64,000 nt of DNA from positions 52,130 to 116,129 of the forward strand of contig SYFT01000006.1 of NCBI GenBank assembly GCA_005799825.1. Reading direction: 5' to 3'. Origin of the DNA: Acidobacteriota bacterium (GTDB lineage Bacteria; Acidobacteriota; Vicinamibacteria; Vicinamibacterales; SCN-69-37). The notes under the pieces are model-generated. The model was not told the DNA's origin. It searched no databases and saw only the letters and a program-made list of their open reading frames with translations. Shown one piece after another: positions 9,120 through 18,304 of this stretch. Position numbers and translations under genes: made by a program. Positions within the stretch are counted from its first letter, which is position 1, and every line of letters begins with the position of its first letter.

Positions 9120-12100
9120 CTAGAACCAGAGCGTCACGCCGGCGCGGAACACGCGCGGCGGCAGGATCGAGCTGATGCGGTCGATCGGAAGAACCGGGTT
9201 CAACGCCGTACCCAGCTCGCTCAGGTTGTTGCTCGCGAAGCCGAGCACCGGCGCCGAGTTCGTGATGTTGAATCCGTCAAGCGTAAACTTGACCCGGTTC
9301 TGACCGCCCCTGAACGTGAACGTTTTGTTCAGGCCAAGGTCCCACAGGAGCGTCCGCTCCAACCGCGTCGTATCTTCGGGCTGGAACCGCAGCGAGCTGT
9401 AGCTGATCGCGCCCGTGGTGCCACCATACACCTGACCGGGGCCGTTGATAAACATGGTGCGCTGCTGGCCATCGTTCATGTTGAAGTTCGTGGACGCCAT
9501 GATGCCCCAAGGCAGGTCATAGCTGCCGTTCACCTTGAACAGATACCGCGCGCCGGTGTTCAACCCATTGTAGTACTCGAGACCTGTTGGATTGCTGTAG
9601 CTGCCCAATGGGCTGTAGTCATTGCGCTTCTGCAGTGTGAGCGCGATGTTGAGCTGCCACTTGTCGCTGTACCGCTTGTTGAGGGTCAGGTCCACGCCCT
9701 GGTAGGTCTGGTAGCTCAAGCTCGTGTCGGTGACCGACGCGCCGGAGGGTCGCGCCAGCCCCTGCTTCACCACGTAGTAGTTCGCCGATTTGCCTGTCAC
9801 CGGATCTACGTAGACGTTGGGGGTCGTGTCATAGACACTCGACGCGGGAAAGCCCGCCGCCCCAGGCTCGAAGCCGATAATGTAGCCAGCGGTGCCATTG
9901 TCATACCGGCGGTAGATGTAGTCTGCCCCCACCGCCAGGTTGGGCACCAGTTCGTGCGAGGCGCCAACCGTGACTTCCCTCGTCCGGCTGAGCTTCGCAC
10001 TATCGGCCACGCGGTTGCCCGAGGCAACGATTGAGCCGTTCACAAAATTGCTTGGCAAGGCTGCTATGCCGACAAGTTCCGGGCGCTGGATCAATCCATC
10101 ACGATTCGCGTCTGTCCAGCAGCTGGCACCCGCCGTGACGCTGCACGCGCCACTGGCCTGGTTGGGACCCCAGCCCACAATGAAGTTGCCCAGCCCCGAC
10201 AGGGCGTTGGCCAGCGTGATCTTCGTCTGGTAGTAGTAGGACCCTGAGGCCTTCAGCGCCGTCTTGCCGTTGCCAAACAGGTCATATGTCATCGACACCC
10301 TGGGCGAGAACTGATGGAACGCGCGCAATTCTTCGACCTGGCCCGTCAGGGGGCTCAGGCCGCCCGTGGCCCCCTGTTCGCAGTAGCCCGGCAGAATATC
10401 CGGAATAATTTCATTCGCCGTCACGCACCCACCCAGCCACTTGGACTGCTGCCAGTCGTACCGCAGACCCGCGTTCACGCGCAGCCGCTTGTAGCTGTAG
10501 GAATCCTGGATGTAGCCATTGTACGACCACCAGTCGTTGTTGAGCAGGTAGTCGCGGGCTAGTTGCGCCTGGTAGGGCACCAGCCCGGTCGCCCCACCCA
10601 CGGCTGTGTAGGCCCTGCCGTCGCCACAGTTCGCGAGCAAGTTGCCCACGCACTGCACGACCGCCCGGCCGCCGCCGCTCGGGTGCGTGAACGACGTAAT
10701 CGGATTCTTGCGGTAGCCGACGCCGAACTTGAAGCTGTGGTCGCCGCCGAGGACGTTCGTCAGGAACAACGTGCCGTCCGTTTTGATGTCGAGCGACGGG
10801 CGGATGGTCTGGTAGTTACTGAAGAGTGAGCGGCTCAGGTTACCTGTGGTTCGAATCTGCTGCTGCTGGATGTTGAACATGCACTGAGGTTTGTTCGCCT
10901 GCGGATAGGACGACCGGTTGATGTCGCCCGTGTACCGCGTGCCGCCGCAGTCGCCCTGCGTGTCCTGATAGTCCAGGAAGAAGCCGCCGAACACCTTGGT
11001 CAGCGCCGTGTTGAACACGAGACGGTCGCTCGCGATGAACGTGTGCGTGAGCTGGTGCAGCGGGAGCGGGAAGTACTTCCAGTACGTTTCCGACGTCTGG
11101 ATGGTGGTCGCTTCCTTTTCCGTGAACGCACTCGCACCGCGGGCGTTGCGGAACTTGTTGTCGCTCGAGAACTGGTACTGGAACTTGTGCGCCGCATTCA
11201 ACTGGAAGTTCATCTTCCCTTGCTTGTTCTTGAGGACCGTAAGGTCGCTCGACAGGCAGTCCTGCACCGTTGCGAGGTTCCCATAGGTCAGGGTGCCGCC
11301 CGTCAGCAACGTGCCGGCGCGCTGGGCGTCGGCATACTGCACGCAGGCGGGCCGCGCGCGGTCGAAGAAGTTCACAACGCCGGCATTGATCGACGTCTTG
11401 TCGACCGCTGCCCAAAACCAGAGGCGGTTCTTGATGATCGGACCGCCGTACTCGCCCGAGAAGGCGTAAATATTCTTGATCGGCGCGCCCGACAAGAATC
11501 CGCCCGTCCCACGCGAGAACTGCGTTTCGGTCACGTTGTTCGCCTGCATCTGGTCGTTCTGGAACGTGCTCAGCGCCGAGCCCTTGAACACGTTGCTGCC
11601 GCTCTTGGTCACCAAGTTGATCGACAGGCCCGACGACTGCACCGACACGTCGCCGCCGCCGTTGGTCACCGAGATCTGGTCGAACGAGTCAAAGTTGAAG
11701 TACGCCGGCGACGAGTTGGACGAGAGGTCCGTGATTGACCCGCCTTCCAAGTTCCACTGCACGTTGCTACCCGTGCCACGCGACTGCAGGCCGACCTGCT
11801 GGCCCGACGACGAGCCGCCGACGTTGAGGCCCGCCTGCACACCGGGGGTCATGTTGATAATCTGCCACGGGTCGCGCGCGGTCGGAATCTTCTCGAGGAT
11901 TTCCGACGTGAACGTCGCACCCGACGTAGTCTTCTTCGTGTCGACGACGGGCGCCGCCGCCGTGACGGTAAGTTCTTCCGACATCGCGCCAACTTCCATC
12001 TTCATGTCGACGGGCGCGTTAAAGCCGGAGGTAATCACAATACCGTTGCGTACGACCTTCTTGAAGCCGCTCAGTTCAAATGTCACCGAAAACGTGCCGT

Positions 12101-12317
12101 TCGGCACCGACGGCATCTGGTACGCGCCACTGCTAGCAGTGACCACCACCAACGGCGCCTGGAGCGCCGGACCTGCCACGGTCACCGTCACGCCGGGTAA
12201 CACGCCGCCGGACGCATCGTTGACTTTTCCGAAGATCGAACCCTGCGCCAGGGCCGCTCCGGTCATCATCGCGGTAGCCATAGCGGCTAACGCCATTACT
12301 CGCAAGACTCGCATCAT
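9120..12317 (-). CDS. TonB-dependent receptor with N-terminal carboxypeptidase-regulatory-like domain
   Basis: ORF 9120..12332. I prefer the ATG at 12317, with GGAGGAG just upstream, giving MMRVLRVMALAAMATAMMTGAALA. The CarboxypepD_reg motif is GKVNDASGGVLPGVTVTVAGP...SGAYQMPSVPNGTFSVTFELSGFKK. A plug and a long beta-barrel follow, ending in the C-terminal aromatic VTLWF. Confidence 0.85.
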   Translation of the reverse strand: MMRVLRVMALAAMATAMMTGAALAQGSIFGKVNDASGGVLPGVTVTVAGPALQAPLVVVTASSGAYQMPSVPNGTFSVTFELSGFKKVVRNGIVITSGFNAPVDMKMEVGAMSEELTVTAAAPVVDTKKTTSGATFTSEILEKIPTARDPWQIINMTPGVQAGLNVGGSSSGQQVGLQSRGTGSNVQWNLEGGSITDLSSNSSPAYFNFDSFDQISVTNGGGDVSVQSSGLSINLVTKSGSNVFKGSALSTFQNDQMQANNVTETQFSRGTGGFLSGAPIKNIYAFSGEYGGPIIKNRLWFWAAVDKTSINAGVVNFFDRARPACVQYADAQRAGTLLTGGTLTYGNLATVQDCLSSDLTVLKNKQGKMNFQLNAAHKFQYQFSSDNKFRNARGASAFTEKEATTIQTSETYWKYFPLPLHQLTHTFIASDRLVFNTALTKVFGGFFLDYQDTQGDCGGTRYTGDINRSSYPQANKPQCMFNIQQQQIRTTGNLSRSLFSNYQTIRPSLDIKTDGTLFLTNVLGGDHSFKFGVGYRKNPITSFTHPSGGGRAVVQCVGNLLANCGDGRAYTAVGGATGLVPYQAQLARDYLLNNDWWSYNGYIQDSYSYKRLRVNAGLRYDWQQSKWLGGCVTANEIIPDILPGYCEQGATGGLSPLTGQVEELRAFHQFSPRVSMTYDLFGNGKTALKASGSYYYQTKITLANALSGLGNFIVGWGPNQASGACSVTAGASCWTDANRDGLIQRPELVGIAALPSNFVNGSIVASGNRVADSAKLSRTREVTVGASHELVPNLAVGADYIYRRYDNGTAGYIIGFEPGAAGFPASSVYDTTPNVYVDPVTGKSANYYVVKQGLARPSGASVTDTSLSYQTYQGVDLTLNKRYSDKWQLNIALTLQKRNDYSPLGSYSNPTGLEYYNGLNTGARYLFKVNGSYDLPWGIMASTNFNMNDGQQRTMFINGPGQVYGGTTGAISYSSLRFQPEDTTRLERTLLWDLGLNKTFTFRGGQNRVKFTLDGFNITNSAPVLGFASNNLSELGTALNPVLPIDRISSILPPRVFRAGVTLWF

Positions 12318-12462
12318 CCTGTTCTCCTCCATCAGTTACAAAAGAACCACGTACCGGCAAAGGCAACGCCCTTCGACAGCCGTATGAACTATTGCGACGG
12401 TGAGGCATCCTACGCCTGTTCGAGGAATGTGGTCAAGACCGTCGGCGGGGAATTTTTGATGG

Positions 12463-12481
12463 TATACCCAGTAGGGGTATA
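12463..12481 (-). promoter_or_regulatory. CsoR-type operator-like palindrome TATACCC-AGTAG-GGGTATA
   Basis: Perfect 7-bp arms with a 5-nt spacer. It lies 28 nt downstream of the csoR-like stop and about 146 nt upstream of the receptor start codon. The shape matches the TACCC...GGGTA operators described for CsoR family repressors (from memory). Confidence 0.55.
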
Positions 12482-12508
12482 TTCTTGTGCCCGATGTGCC
12501 GGGCGGGT

Positions 12509-12781
12509 TCAGGAGAACCGGTCGAAGATATCGACCAGTTCCTTCAGGCGGGCTTGGCCCTCTTCACGGCCCTGTTCGACGCCCGAGGGGACGCACTGTT
12601 CGACGTGCGTCCGCAGGACGGCTAGGCTGATGCGATTCAGGGCGGCCTCGGCCGCCGAGAGCTGCTGCAGGATCTCCACACACAGACGGGGCTCCTGCAC
12701 CATCCGCCGGATCCCGCGTATCTGCCCTTCGACCCGGTTGAGCCGAGTCACCAGAAGTTGCTGCTGGGCCGCGTCTAACAT
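12509..12781 (-). CDS. csoR: CsoR/RcnR-family metal-sensing transcriptional repressor, Cu(I)-sensor fingerprint
   Basis: 90 aa: LVTRLNRVEGQIRGIRRMVQEPRLCVEILQQLSAAEAALNRISLAVLRTHVEQC. The ligand positions are C34, H59 and C63, with spacing 25 and 4 as in C36/H61/C65 of M. tuberculosis CsoR. There is no N-terminal His, so it is not RcnR-like. Confidence 0.8.
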   Translation of the reverse strand: MLDAAQQQLLVTRLNRVEGQIRGIRRMVQEPRLCVEILQQLSAAEAALNRISLAVLRTHVEQCVPSGVEQGREEGQARLKELVDIFDRFS

Positions 12782-12850
12782 GCCCTTAACTACGACCGTC
12801 CGCGACGCCTGTTACAACTGATCCTCCGGCCTTGACGCCGGACGCTCAAA

Positions 12851-12868
12851 TGAATGAACATTCATTCA
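12851..12868. promoter_or_regulatory. TetR(FadR)-type operator candidate TGAATGAA-CA-TTCATTCA
   Basis: Perfect 8-bp inverted arms with a 2-nt spacer. It ends 4 nt before the TetR ATG (12873). A TTGACG -35-like hexamer sits at 12832-12837. Confidence 0.5.
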
Positions 12869-12872
12869 GTTT

Positions 12873-13487
12873 ATGGCCCGCTCGCTCCGCATCGCAAGCC
12901 TCGCCGCACCCGACGCAGACAAACGCGTCCTCATCCTCGACGCCGCCACGCGCGTCTTTGCCGAACGCGGGTTCTTCGGCGCCCAGGTGGCCGACATCGC
13001 CCGCCGCGCCGGAATCGCCGCCGGCACGGTCTACCTCTACTTCCGCAGCAAAGACGAACTGCTCATCAGCGTGTTCGATCGCACCATGCAGGACGCCATC
13101 CGCGAAGGCCGCGAGACTCTGGCGACCATCGACGACCCGACCGCCCGCCTACACCGCATCGCCCACCTCCACCTCGCCCGCCTAGGAAGCGACCGCGACC
13201 TCGCCGTGGTGTTTCAGGTGGAACTGCGGCAGTCCACAAAGTTCATGGCGCGCCTCTCCACGTCGCGCCTGCGCGACTACCTTGGCCTCATCCGCGACAC
13301 CATCGCCGACGGACAGGCGCGCGGCGCCTTTCGCGCGCAGGTCCCGGCCACACTCGCCGCCAAAGTGTTCTTCGGCGCGCTCGACGAAATGGCCACCAAC
13401 TGGATCCTCTCCGACCGCCGCTACGCGCTGGTGGACGATGCGGATGCGGTGGTGGATGTGTTTCTTCATGGAGTGAGCACATCATGA
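12873..13487 (+). CDS. TetR-family transcriptional regulator, probable fatty-acid-degradation repressor
   Basis: 204 aa with the HTH VLILDAATRVFAERGFFGAQVADIARRAGIAAGTVYLYFRSKDELL. Its stop overlaps the next start (ATGA at 13484-13487). Confidence 0.85.
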   Translation: MARSLRIASLAAPDADKRVLILDAATRVFAERGFFGAQVADIARRAGIAAGTVYLYFRSKDELLISVFDRTMQDAIREGRETLATIDDPTARLHRIAHLHLARLGSDRDLAVVFQVELRQSTKFMARLSTSRLRDYLGLIRDTIADGQARGAFRAQVPATLAAKVFFGALDEMATNWILSDRRYALVDDADAVVDVFLHGVSTS

Positions 13488-15721
13488 CGCACCGCCTTCA
13501 GTCCGCCGCGGTGCTTGGCGCGGGCACGATGGGCGCGCCAATTGCCGCCCACCTCGCCAATGCCGGCATCCCGGTCCACCTCTTTGATGTGACCGCTAAA
13601 GCGGCCGACGCCGGCCTGGCGCGGGCACGCGCGCTCAAGCCCGACCCGTTTTTTGTCCCCGATGCGGCGGCACTCATCCACACCGGCAGCCTGGATGATC
13701 TGTCACCCCTCGCCACCGTCGACTGGATCATCGAGGCGGTCGTCGAAAATCTTGCGATTAAACAGGCCCTGGCCGAGCGCATCGATGCCGTGCGCGCCCC
13801 TCACGCCGTGGTCTCGTCCAACACGTCGGGCATTCCCCTGGCACTGGTCGCAGAGGGACGTTCGGAAGGATTCAGACGCCATTGGATGGGCACGCACTTC
13901 TTTAACCCGCCGCGGTACCTCCGTCTGGTGGAACTCATCGCCACCACCGACACCGACCCGGCGGTCACGGCACGCGTGCGCCACTGGCTGGACCACGTGC
14001 TGGGCAAAGGCGTGGTCGAGGCGAAGGACACGCCGGCGTTCATCGCCAATCATCTGGGCCTCTTCGGCGTCGTGCGGTTGCTCGATGCCGTGGCCGACGG
14101 TAGCGTGTCGATTGAAGAAGTGGACGCGATGACCGGACCGATCATCGGCCGGCCCAAAAGCGCGACCTTCCGCACTGTTGATATCGCAGGCCTCGATATC
14201 CTCACCAAAGTCGCGCACGATCTGTCGGTCCGTCTTCCACGTGAGGACGACCGCCGCGCGTTTGTGCCGCCGGCGTTTGTGGCCGCCATGCTCAAGCGCG
14301 GCCTGCTGGGCGACAAGACGGGCCAGGGCTTCTACAAAAAGACGCGCGCGGCTGGCGCCACCAAGATTGTGACGCTGGACCCGGCTTCTCTGAGCTATCG
14401 CGAGAAGCAGTCCGTTCGTCTCCCGGAACTGGACGCTGCACGCGGCACGACGGAAACCGGCGCCCGCACCCGCGATCTTTTCCTTGGCAAACACAAGACC
14501 GGCGACCTCCTACGGCGCACGCTCGGACCGACACTGCTCTACGCCGCGCGAATTGCCGGTGACATCGCGCACGACATCAACGACATCGATCGCGCCATGC
14601 GCTGGGGCTTCGGCTGGGATCTCGGCCTCTTCGAACTGTGGGACGCGATTGGGGTGGACAACGTGCTGTCGGCCTGCGGCGTCACCGAACGACCGGCGAT
14701 GCTGCCCGGGCGCACGCGGTTCCGCGAAGGCCGGCTCCCCGCCGCGGCACCCGACGTGCTGATTCTTCAATCCGCGCGGGATCGAAGCGCGGTCGTCGCG
14801 AGCAACGAAGGCGCAAGCCTGATCGACGTCGGCAACGGATGCCTCTGCGTGGAGTTCCACTCCAAGATGAACGCCATCGGCGGCGACTCGATCGCGATGC
14901 TGCAGGCGGGCGTGCGCGAAGCGGAGGCCAACTTCGAGGCCCTGGTGGTGGGCAACGATGCGCCGAACTTCTCGGCCGGCGCCAACCTGATGCTGCTTCT
15001 GCTCGAGGCCCAGGCAGGCAACTGGGACGAGGTCGATCTGATGATCCGCGCCTTCCAGGGCGCGACGATGGCGCTTAAGACGGCGGCTGTGCCCGTGGTC
15101 ATCGCGCCCGGCGGCCTGACGCTCGGCGGCGGATGCGAACTGAGCCTGCACGGCGACCGCGTGCAGGCGGCGGCCGAAACCTACATGGGCCTGGTCGAGG
15201 TGGGCGTCGGCCTGGTTCCCGCTGGCGGCGGGACGAAGGAGATGTTGCTGCGACAACCCGACGCGCAAGCGGCCTTTGAGACCATCGGCTTCGGCAAGGT
15301 CTCGACGAGCGGCCCGGATGCGAAACGGCTTGGGTATTTGCAGCGGCACGACGGCATCTCGATGAACCGCGAACGGCTCATCACCGACGCCAAAGCCGTC
15401 GCCCTGGGGTTGGCGCGCACGGGTTACCGGGCGCCGGCGCGGCGCGACGCGATCCCAGTGGGTGGCCCCTCGGCGTTTGCCACCTTGTCCCTTGGCGTGC
15501 ACCTCGCATGGCGCGCTGGCCGGCTCAGCGATCACGACGTCGTCATCGGCCGCAAGCTCGCCTGGATCCTGACGGGCGGCAACGTCCCGCACGCCACGAC
15601 ACTCTCGGAAGATCAGCTCCTCGACCTAGAACGCGAAGCGTTCCTCAGCTTGTGCGGGGAACCAAACACGCTCGAACGGATCGCATACACGCTCAAGACC
15701 GGAAAGACGTTGAGAAACTGA
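13484..15721 (+). CDS. fadN: bifunctional 3-hydroxyacyl-CoA dehydrogenase / enoyl-CoA hydratase (FadN architecture: dehydrogenase N-terminal, crotonase C-terminal)
   Basis: The true start is MTHRLQSAAVLGAGTMGAPIAAHLANAGIPV (Rossmann GxGxxG). The ORF-track start at 12854 is an Arg/Pro-rich read-through. HFFNPP is the dehydrogenase signature. The C-terminal crotonase fold has FSAGANL ... GGGCELSLH. Confidence 0.85.
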   Translation: MTHRLQSAAVLGAGTMGAPIAAHLANAGIPVHLFDVTAKAADAGLARARALKPDPFFVPDAAALIHTGSLDDLSPLATVDWIIEAVVENLAIKQALAERIDAVRAPHAVVSSNTSGIPLALVAEGRSEGFRRHWMGTHFFNPPRYLRLVELIATTDTDPAVTARVRHWLDHVLGKGVVEAKDTPAFIANHLGLFGVVRLLDAVADGSVSIEEVDAMTGPIIGRPKSATFRTVDIAGLDILTKVAHDLSVRLPREDDRRAFVPPAFVAAMLKRGLLGDKTGQGFYKKTRAAGATKIVTLDPASLSYREKQSVRLPELDAARGTTETGARTRDLFLGKHKTGDLLRRTLGPTLLYAARIAGDIAHDINDIDRAMRWGFGWDLGLFELWDAIGVDNVLSACGVTERPAMLPGRTRFREGRLPAAAPDVLILQSARDRSAVVASNEGASLIDVGNGCLCVEFHSKMNAIGGDSIAMLQAGVREAEANFEALVVGNDAPNFSAGANLMLLLLEAQAGNWDEVDLMIRAFQGATMALKTAAVPVVIAPGGLTLGGGCELSLHGDRVQAAAETYMGLVEVGVGLVPAGGGTKEMLLRQPDAQAAFETIGFGKVSTSGPDAKRLGYLQRHDGISMNRERLITDAKAVALGLARTGYRAPARRDAIPVGGPSAFATLSLGVHLAWRAGRLSDHDVVIGRKLAWILTGGNVPHATTLSEDQLLDLEREAFLSLCGEPNTLERIAYTLKTGKTLRN

Positions 15722-15722
15722 A

Positions 15723-16514
15723 ATGTCGCTCTCTTCGCTTCCGCTCGTCGTCGTTCCCGGCATCCAGGGCCGATGGGAATGGATGCGCCCAGCGATTCGC
15801 GCGCTGGCGCGCCGCAGCCCATTAGGCGAAGGCGGCGTGTGGACCTTCTCACTCAACGAAGAAGACGGCACCGGCGATCCATTTGAGCAGTGGATGACCA
15901 CGATTAATCGGTTGATTGATCGCGCGGGAGGCGCGCCTGTGGTACTCGTCGGCGTGTCGTTTGGCGGGCTGGTGGCGGCGCGCTTCGCTGCGCACTATCC
16001 CGATCGCGTGGGTGCGCTAGTGCTGGTGTCCACCCCATCGCCACAGATGCGGCTCGGCGCGGGCGATCAGGCGATGGTGCGGCGCCCCTTCGCGAAACTA
16101 CCATTGTTTGCCATGCGTAGCGTGCGGCGACTGGCCCCTGAGATCTTTGCGGCGAAACCCACGTGGCGTGGGCGGGTCGCGTTCACCGCCGTGTACGCCT
16201 GGCGGGTCTTGAGCCATCCGGTGTCACCGCGGCAGATGGCACGATGGGTGCACGCCTGGCAGGCCACGGACATTGCATCCGAGTGCGCGCGCATCACGGC
16301 ACCGACACATCTCATCACCGGCGAGCCGAGGCTCGATCGAGTGGTGCCGGTGCAGAGCACGCTGCACTATCTGACGCTGATTCCCGGCTCGACATTTTCC
16401 CGGCTCTCGCGAAGCGGCCACATTGGTCTAGTCTCGCGACCGGACGATTTTTCTGTTCTGGTAAGTGAGTTCCTCGATGCTGCTGATAGTGAGGCCATGA
16501 GGCAATGCAGCTGA
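15723..16514 (+). CDS. alpha/beta-fold hydrolase
   Basis: 263 aa with the nucleophile elbow VLVGVSFGGLVA (G-x-S-x-G). It starts 2 nt after the fadN stop. Confidence 0.7.
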   Translation: MSLSSLPLVVVPGIQGRWEWMRPAIRALARRSPLGEGGVWTFSLNEEDGTGDPFEQWMTTINRLIDRAGGAPVVLVGVSFGGLVAARFAAHYPDRVGALVLVSTPSPQMRLGAGDQAMVRRPFAKLPLFAMRSVRRLAPEIFAAKPTWRGRVAFTAVYAWRVLSHPVSPRQMARWVHAWQATDIASECARITAPTHLITGEPRLDRVVPVQSTLHYLTLIPGSTFSRLSRSGHIGLVSRPDDFSVLVSEFLDAADSEAMRQCS

Positions 16515-17143
16515 CGATTCCAGGTCCCGCCGGCCCGCTTGAAGCGTTGCTGGATGTGCCGCCGGCCGCCGCCGGCGCCGCGCCGCTGCGTGGGGCCGTG
16601 GTGTTTGCACACCCGCATCCGTCGTACGGCGGCACCATGCACACGCGCGCCGTGTATCACGGGGCCAAGGGTCTTGTTCGCGCTGGGTGCGCCGTGCTGC
16701 GGTTCAACTTCCGGGGTGTCGGCGCCAGCGCAGGCGCCTTCGACGAGGGGCGGGGCGAAGTGGATGACTACCGCGCGGCACTCAACGAGATGCACGATCG
16801 ATTTGCCGGTGTGCCGCTCTGGGTCGCGGGGTTTTCCTTCGGTTCGTGGATTGCGCTCGAGACAGGGGCCAGCGACCCGCGCGTCTCTGCGCTCATCGCG
16901 GTCGCGCCCCCCGTGACGCGCGACGGATACCACTTCACGCACACGCTCGAAAGCACAAAACCGAAGTTTTTTGTGCAGGGCGAACTTGATGAGCTGTGCC
17001 CGCTGAAAGACCTGCGGGCGTTTTACGCGCGCTGCCACGAACCGAAGGAACTCGTCGTCGTGGACGGCGCGTCGCATCTGTTTGATGGACAGGGCCGTGA
17101 AGTGGGAGACGCCCTCGAAGACCTGCTGGGAGACTTCGCATGA
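16505..17143 (+). CDS. alpha/beta-fold hydrolase (short, COG2945-like)
   Basis: 212 aa: AVVFAHPHPSYGGTMHTRAV ... LRFNFRGVGASAG ... WVAGFSFGSWIAL (G-x-S-x-G). It overlaps the upstream gene by 10 nt and the downstream gene by 4 nt. Confidence 0.7.
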   Translation: MQLTIPGPAGPLEALLDVPPAAAGAAPLRGAVVFAHPHPSYGGTMHTRAVYHGAKGLVRAGCAVLRFNFRGVGASAGAFDEGRGEVDDYRAALNEMHDRFAGVPLWVAGFSFGSWIALETGASDPRVSALIAVAPPVTRDGYHFTHTLESTKPKFFVQGELDELCPLKDLRAFYARCHEPKELVVVDGASHLFDGQGREVGDALEDLLGDFA

Positions 17144-18297
17144 TGGACGCCGTGGTCGTCGCCGCTGCACGCACGCCGATCGGACGCGCCCCCAAAGGCA
17201 TGTTCCGCACCACCCGGCCCGACGATCTCGCGGCACTGGCGGTGGCGGAGGTGCTGCGACGCGTCCCGAATCTCGACCCAGTCGAAGTGGAGGATGTGAT
17301 CCTCGGCTGCGCGCTGCCGGAAGCCGAGCAGGGCCTCAACGTGGCGCGCATCGCGAGCCTGCGCGCGGGGGTGCCGGTCTCGGCATCCGCCATGACCGTG
17401 AACCGGTTCTGCGCGTCGGGCCTGGAAGCCGTCGCCCAGGCCGCCGGGCGAATCATGGTGGGTGCCGCCGACGTCATCATCGCGGGCGGTACCGAGTCCA
17501 TGAGCCTGGTGCCGATGGGCGGCCACAAGGTGGCGCCGAACCCAACGCTCGTGCGCGACTACCCGGACGTCTATCTCAGCACGGGCCTGGTGGCCGAGAA
17601 CCACGCGCGCGAAAGCCACATCAGCCGCGAAGCGCAGGATGCGTTTGCGCTGCAGAGCCACGCGCGCGCAATCGCAGCCATCGACGCGGGCCGCTTCACT
17701 GACGAGATCGTCCCTGTCGATGTTCACACCCTCACCGGGAGGGTGACGATGGGTGTGGATGAAGGACCGCGGCGAGATACATCGCTCGCCGCGCTCGCCG
17801 GGCTTCGACCGGCATTCCACGTGCAGGGCACGGTTACCGCCGGCAATTCGTCGCAAACGAGCGACGCGGCTGCCGCGGTGATTGTCATGAGTGCGGCCCG
17901 CGCGCGGGCGCTCGGACTGACGCCACTTGCGAGATTCGTGGGCTACGCCACCGCCGGCGTGAAGCCGGAGATGTTTGGCATTGGTCCGGTGCCGGCCATC
18001 CGCAAAGTGCTGTCGCGATGCGGGCTAACGATCGACGCCATGGATCTGGTGGAACTCAACGAAGCGTTCGCAGCGCAGGTGCTGGCGTGCACGCAAGTGC
18101 TGCCGATCGATCCCGAACGCCTGAACGTCAACGGTGGCGCCATCGCGCTGGGTCATCCCCTTGGCTGCACTGGCGCGCGTCTGACCACGTCGCTGTTGTA
18201 CGAGCTGCGCCGGCGACAGGGCCGATACGGCCTGGTCACCATGTGTGTGGGCGGCGGCATGGGCGCCGCCGCCATCTTCGAACGTCTGTCCGACTGA
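17140..18297 (+). CDS. fadA: acetyl-CoA C-acyltransferase (3-ketoacyl-CoA thiolase)
   Basis: 385 aa. It has VNRFCASGLEAV (active-site Cys), NEAFAAQVL, NVNGGAIALGHPLGCTGARL and CVGGGMG. Confidence 0.9.
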   Translation: MMDAVVVAAARTPIGRAPKGMFRTTRPDDLAALAVAEVLRRVPNLDPVEVEDVILGCALPEAEQGLNVARIASLRAGVPVSASAMTVNRFCASGLEAVAQAAGRIMVGAADVIIAGGTESMSLVPMGGHKVAPNPTLVRDYPDVYLSTGLVAENHARESHISREAQDAFALQSHARAIAAIDAGRFTDEIVPVDVHTLTGRVTMGVDEGPRRDTSLAALAGLRPAFHVQGTVTAGNSSQTSDAAAAVIVMSAARARALGLTPLARFVGYATAGVKPEMFGIGPVPAIRKVLSRCGLTIDAMDLVELNEAFAAQVLACTQVLPIDPERLNVNGGAIALGHPLGCTGARLTTSLLYELRRRQGRYGLVTMCVGGGMGAAAIFERLSD

Positions 18298-18304
18298 GGC
18301 CATC

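Noticed and set aside
12854-13483. A 210-codon N-terminal extension of the fadN ORF in the supplied track (955-aa ORF starting at 12854).
   Set aside because: The extension is Arg/Pro/His-rich low-complexity sequence. It overlaps the well-supported TetR gene in another frame. The Rossmann motif begins right after the ATG at 13484, which is coupled (ATGA) to the TetR stop.
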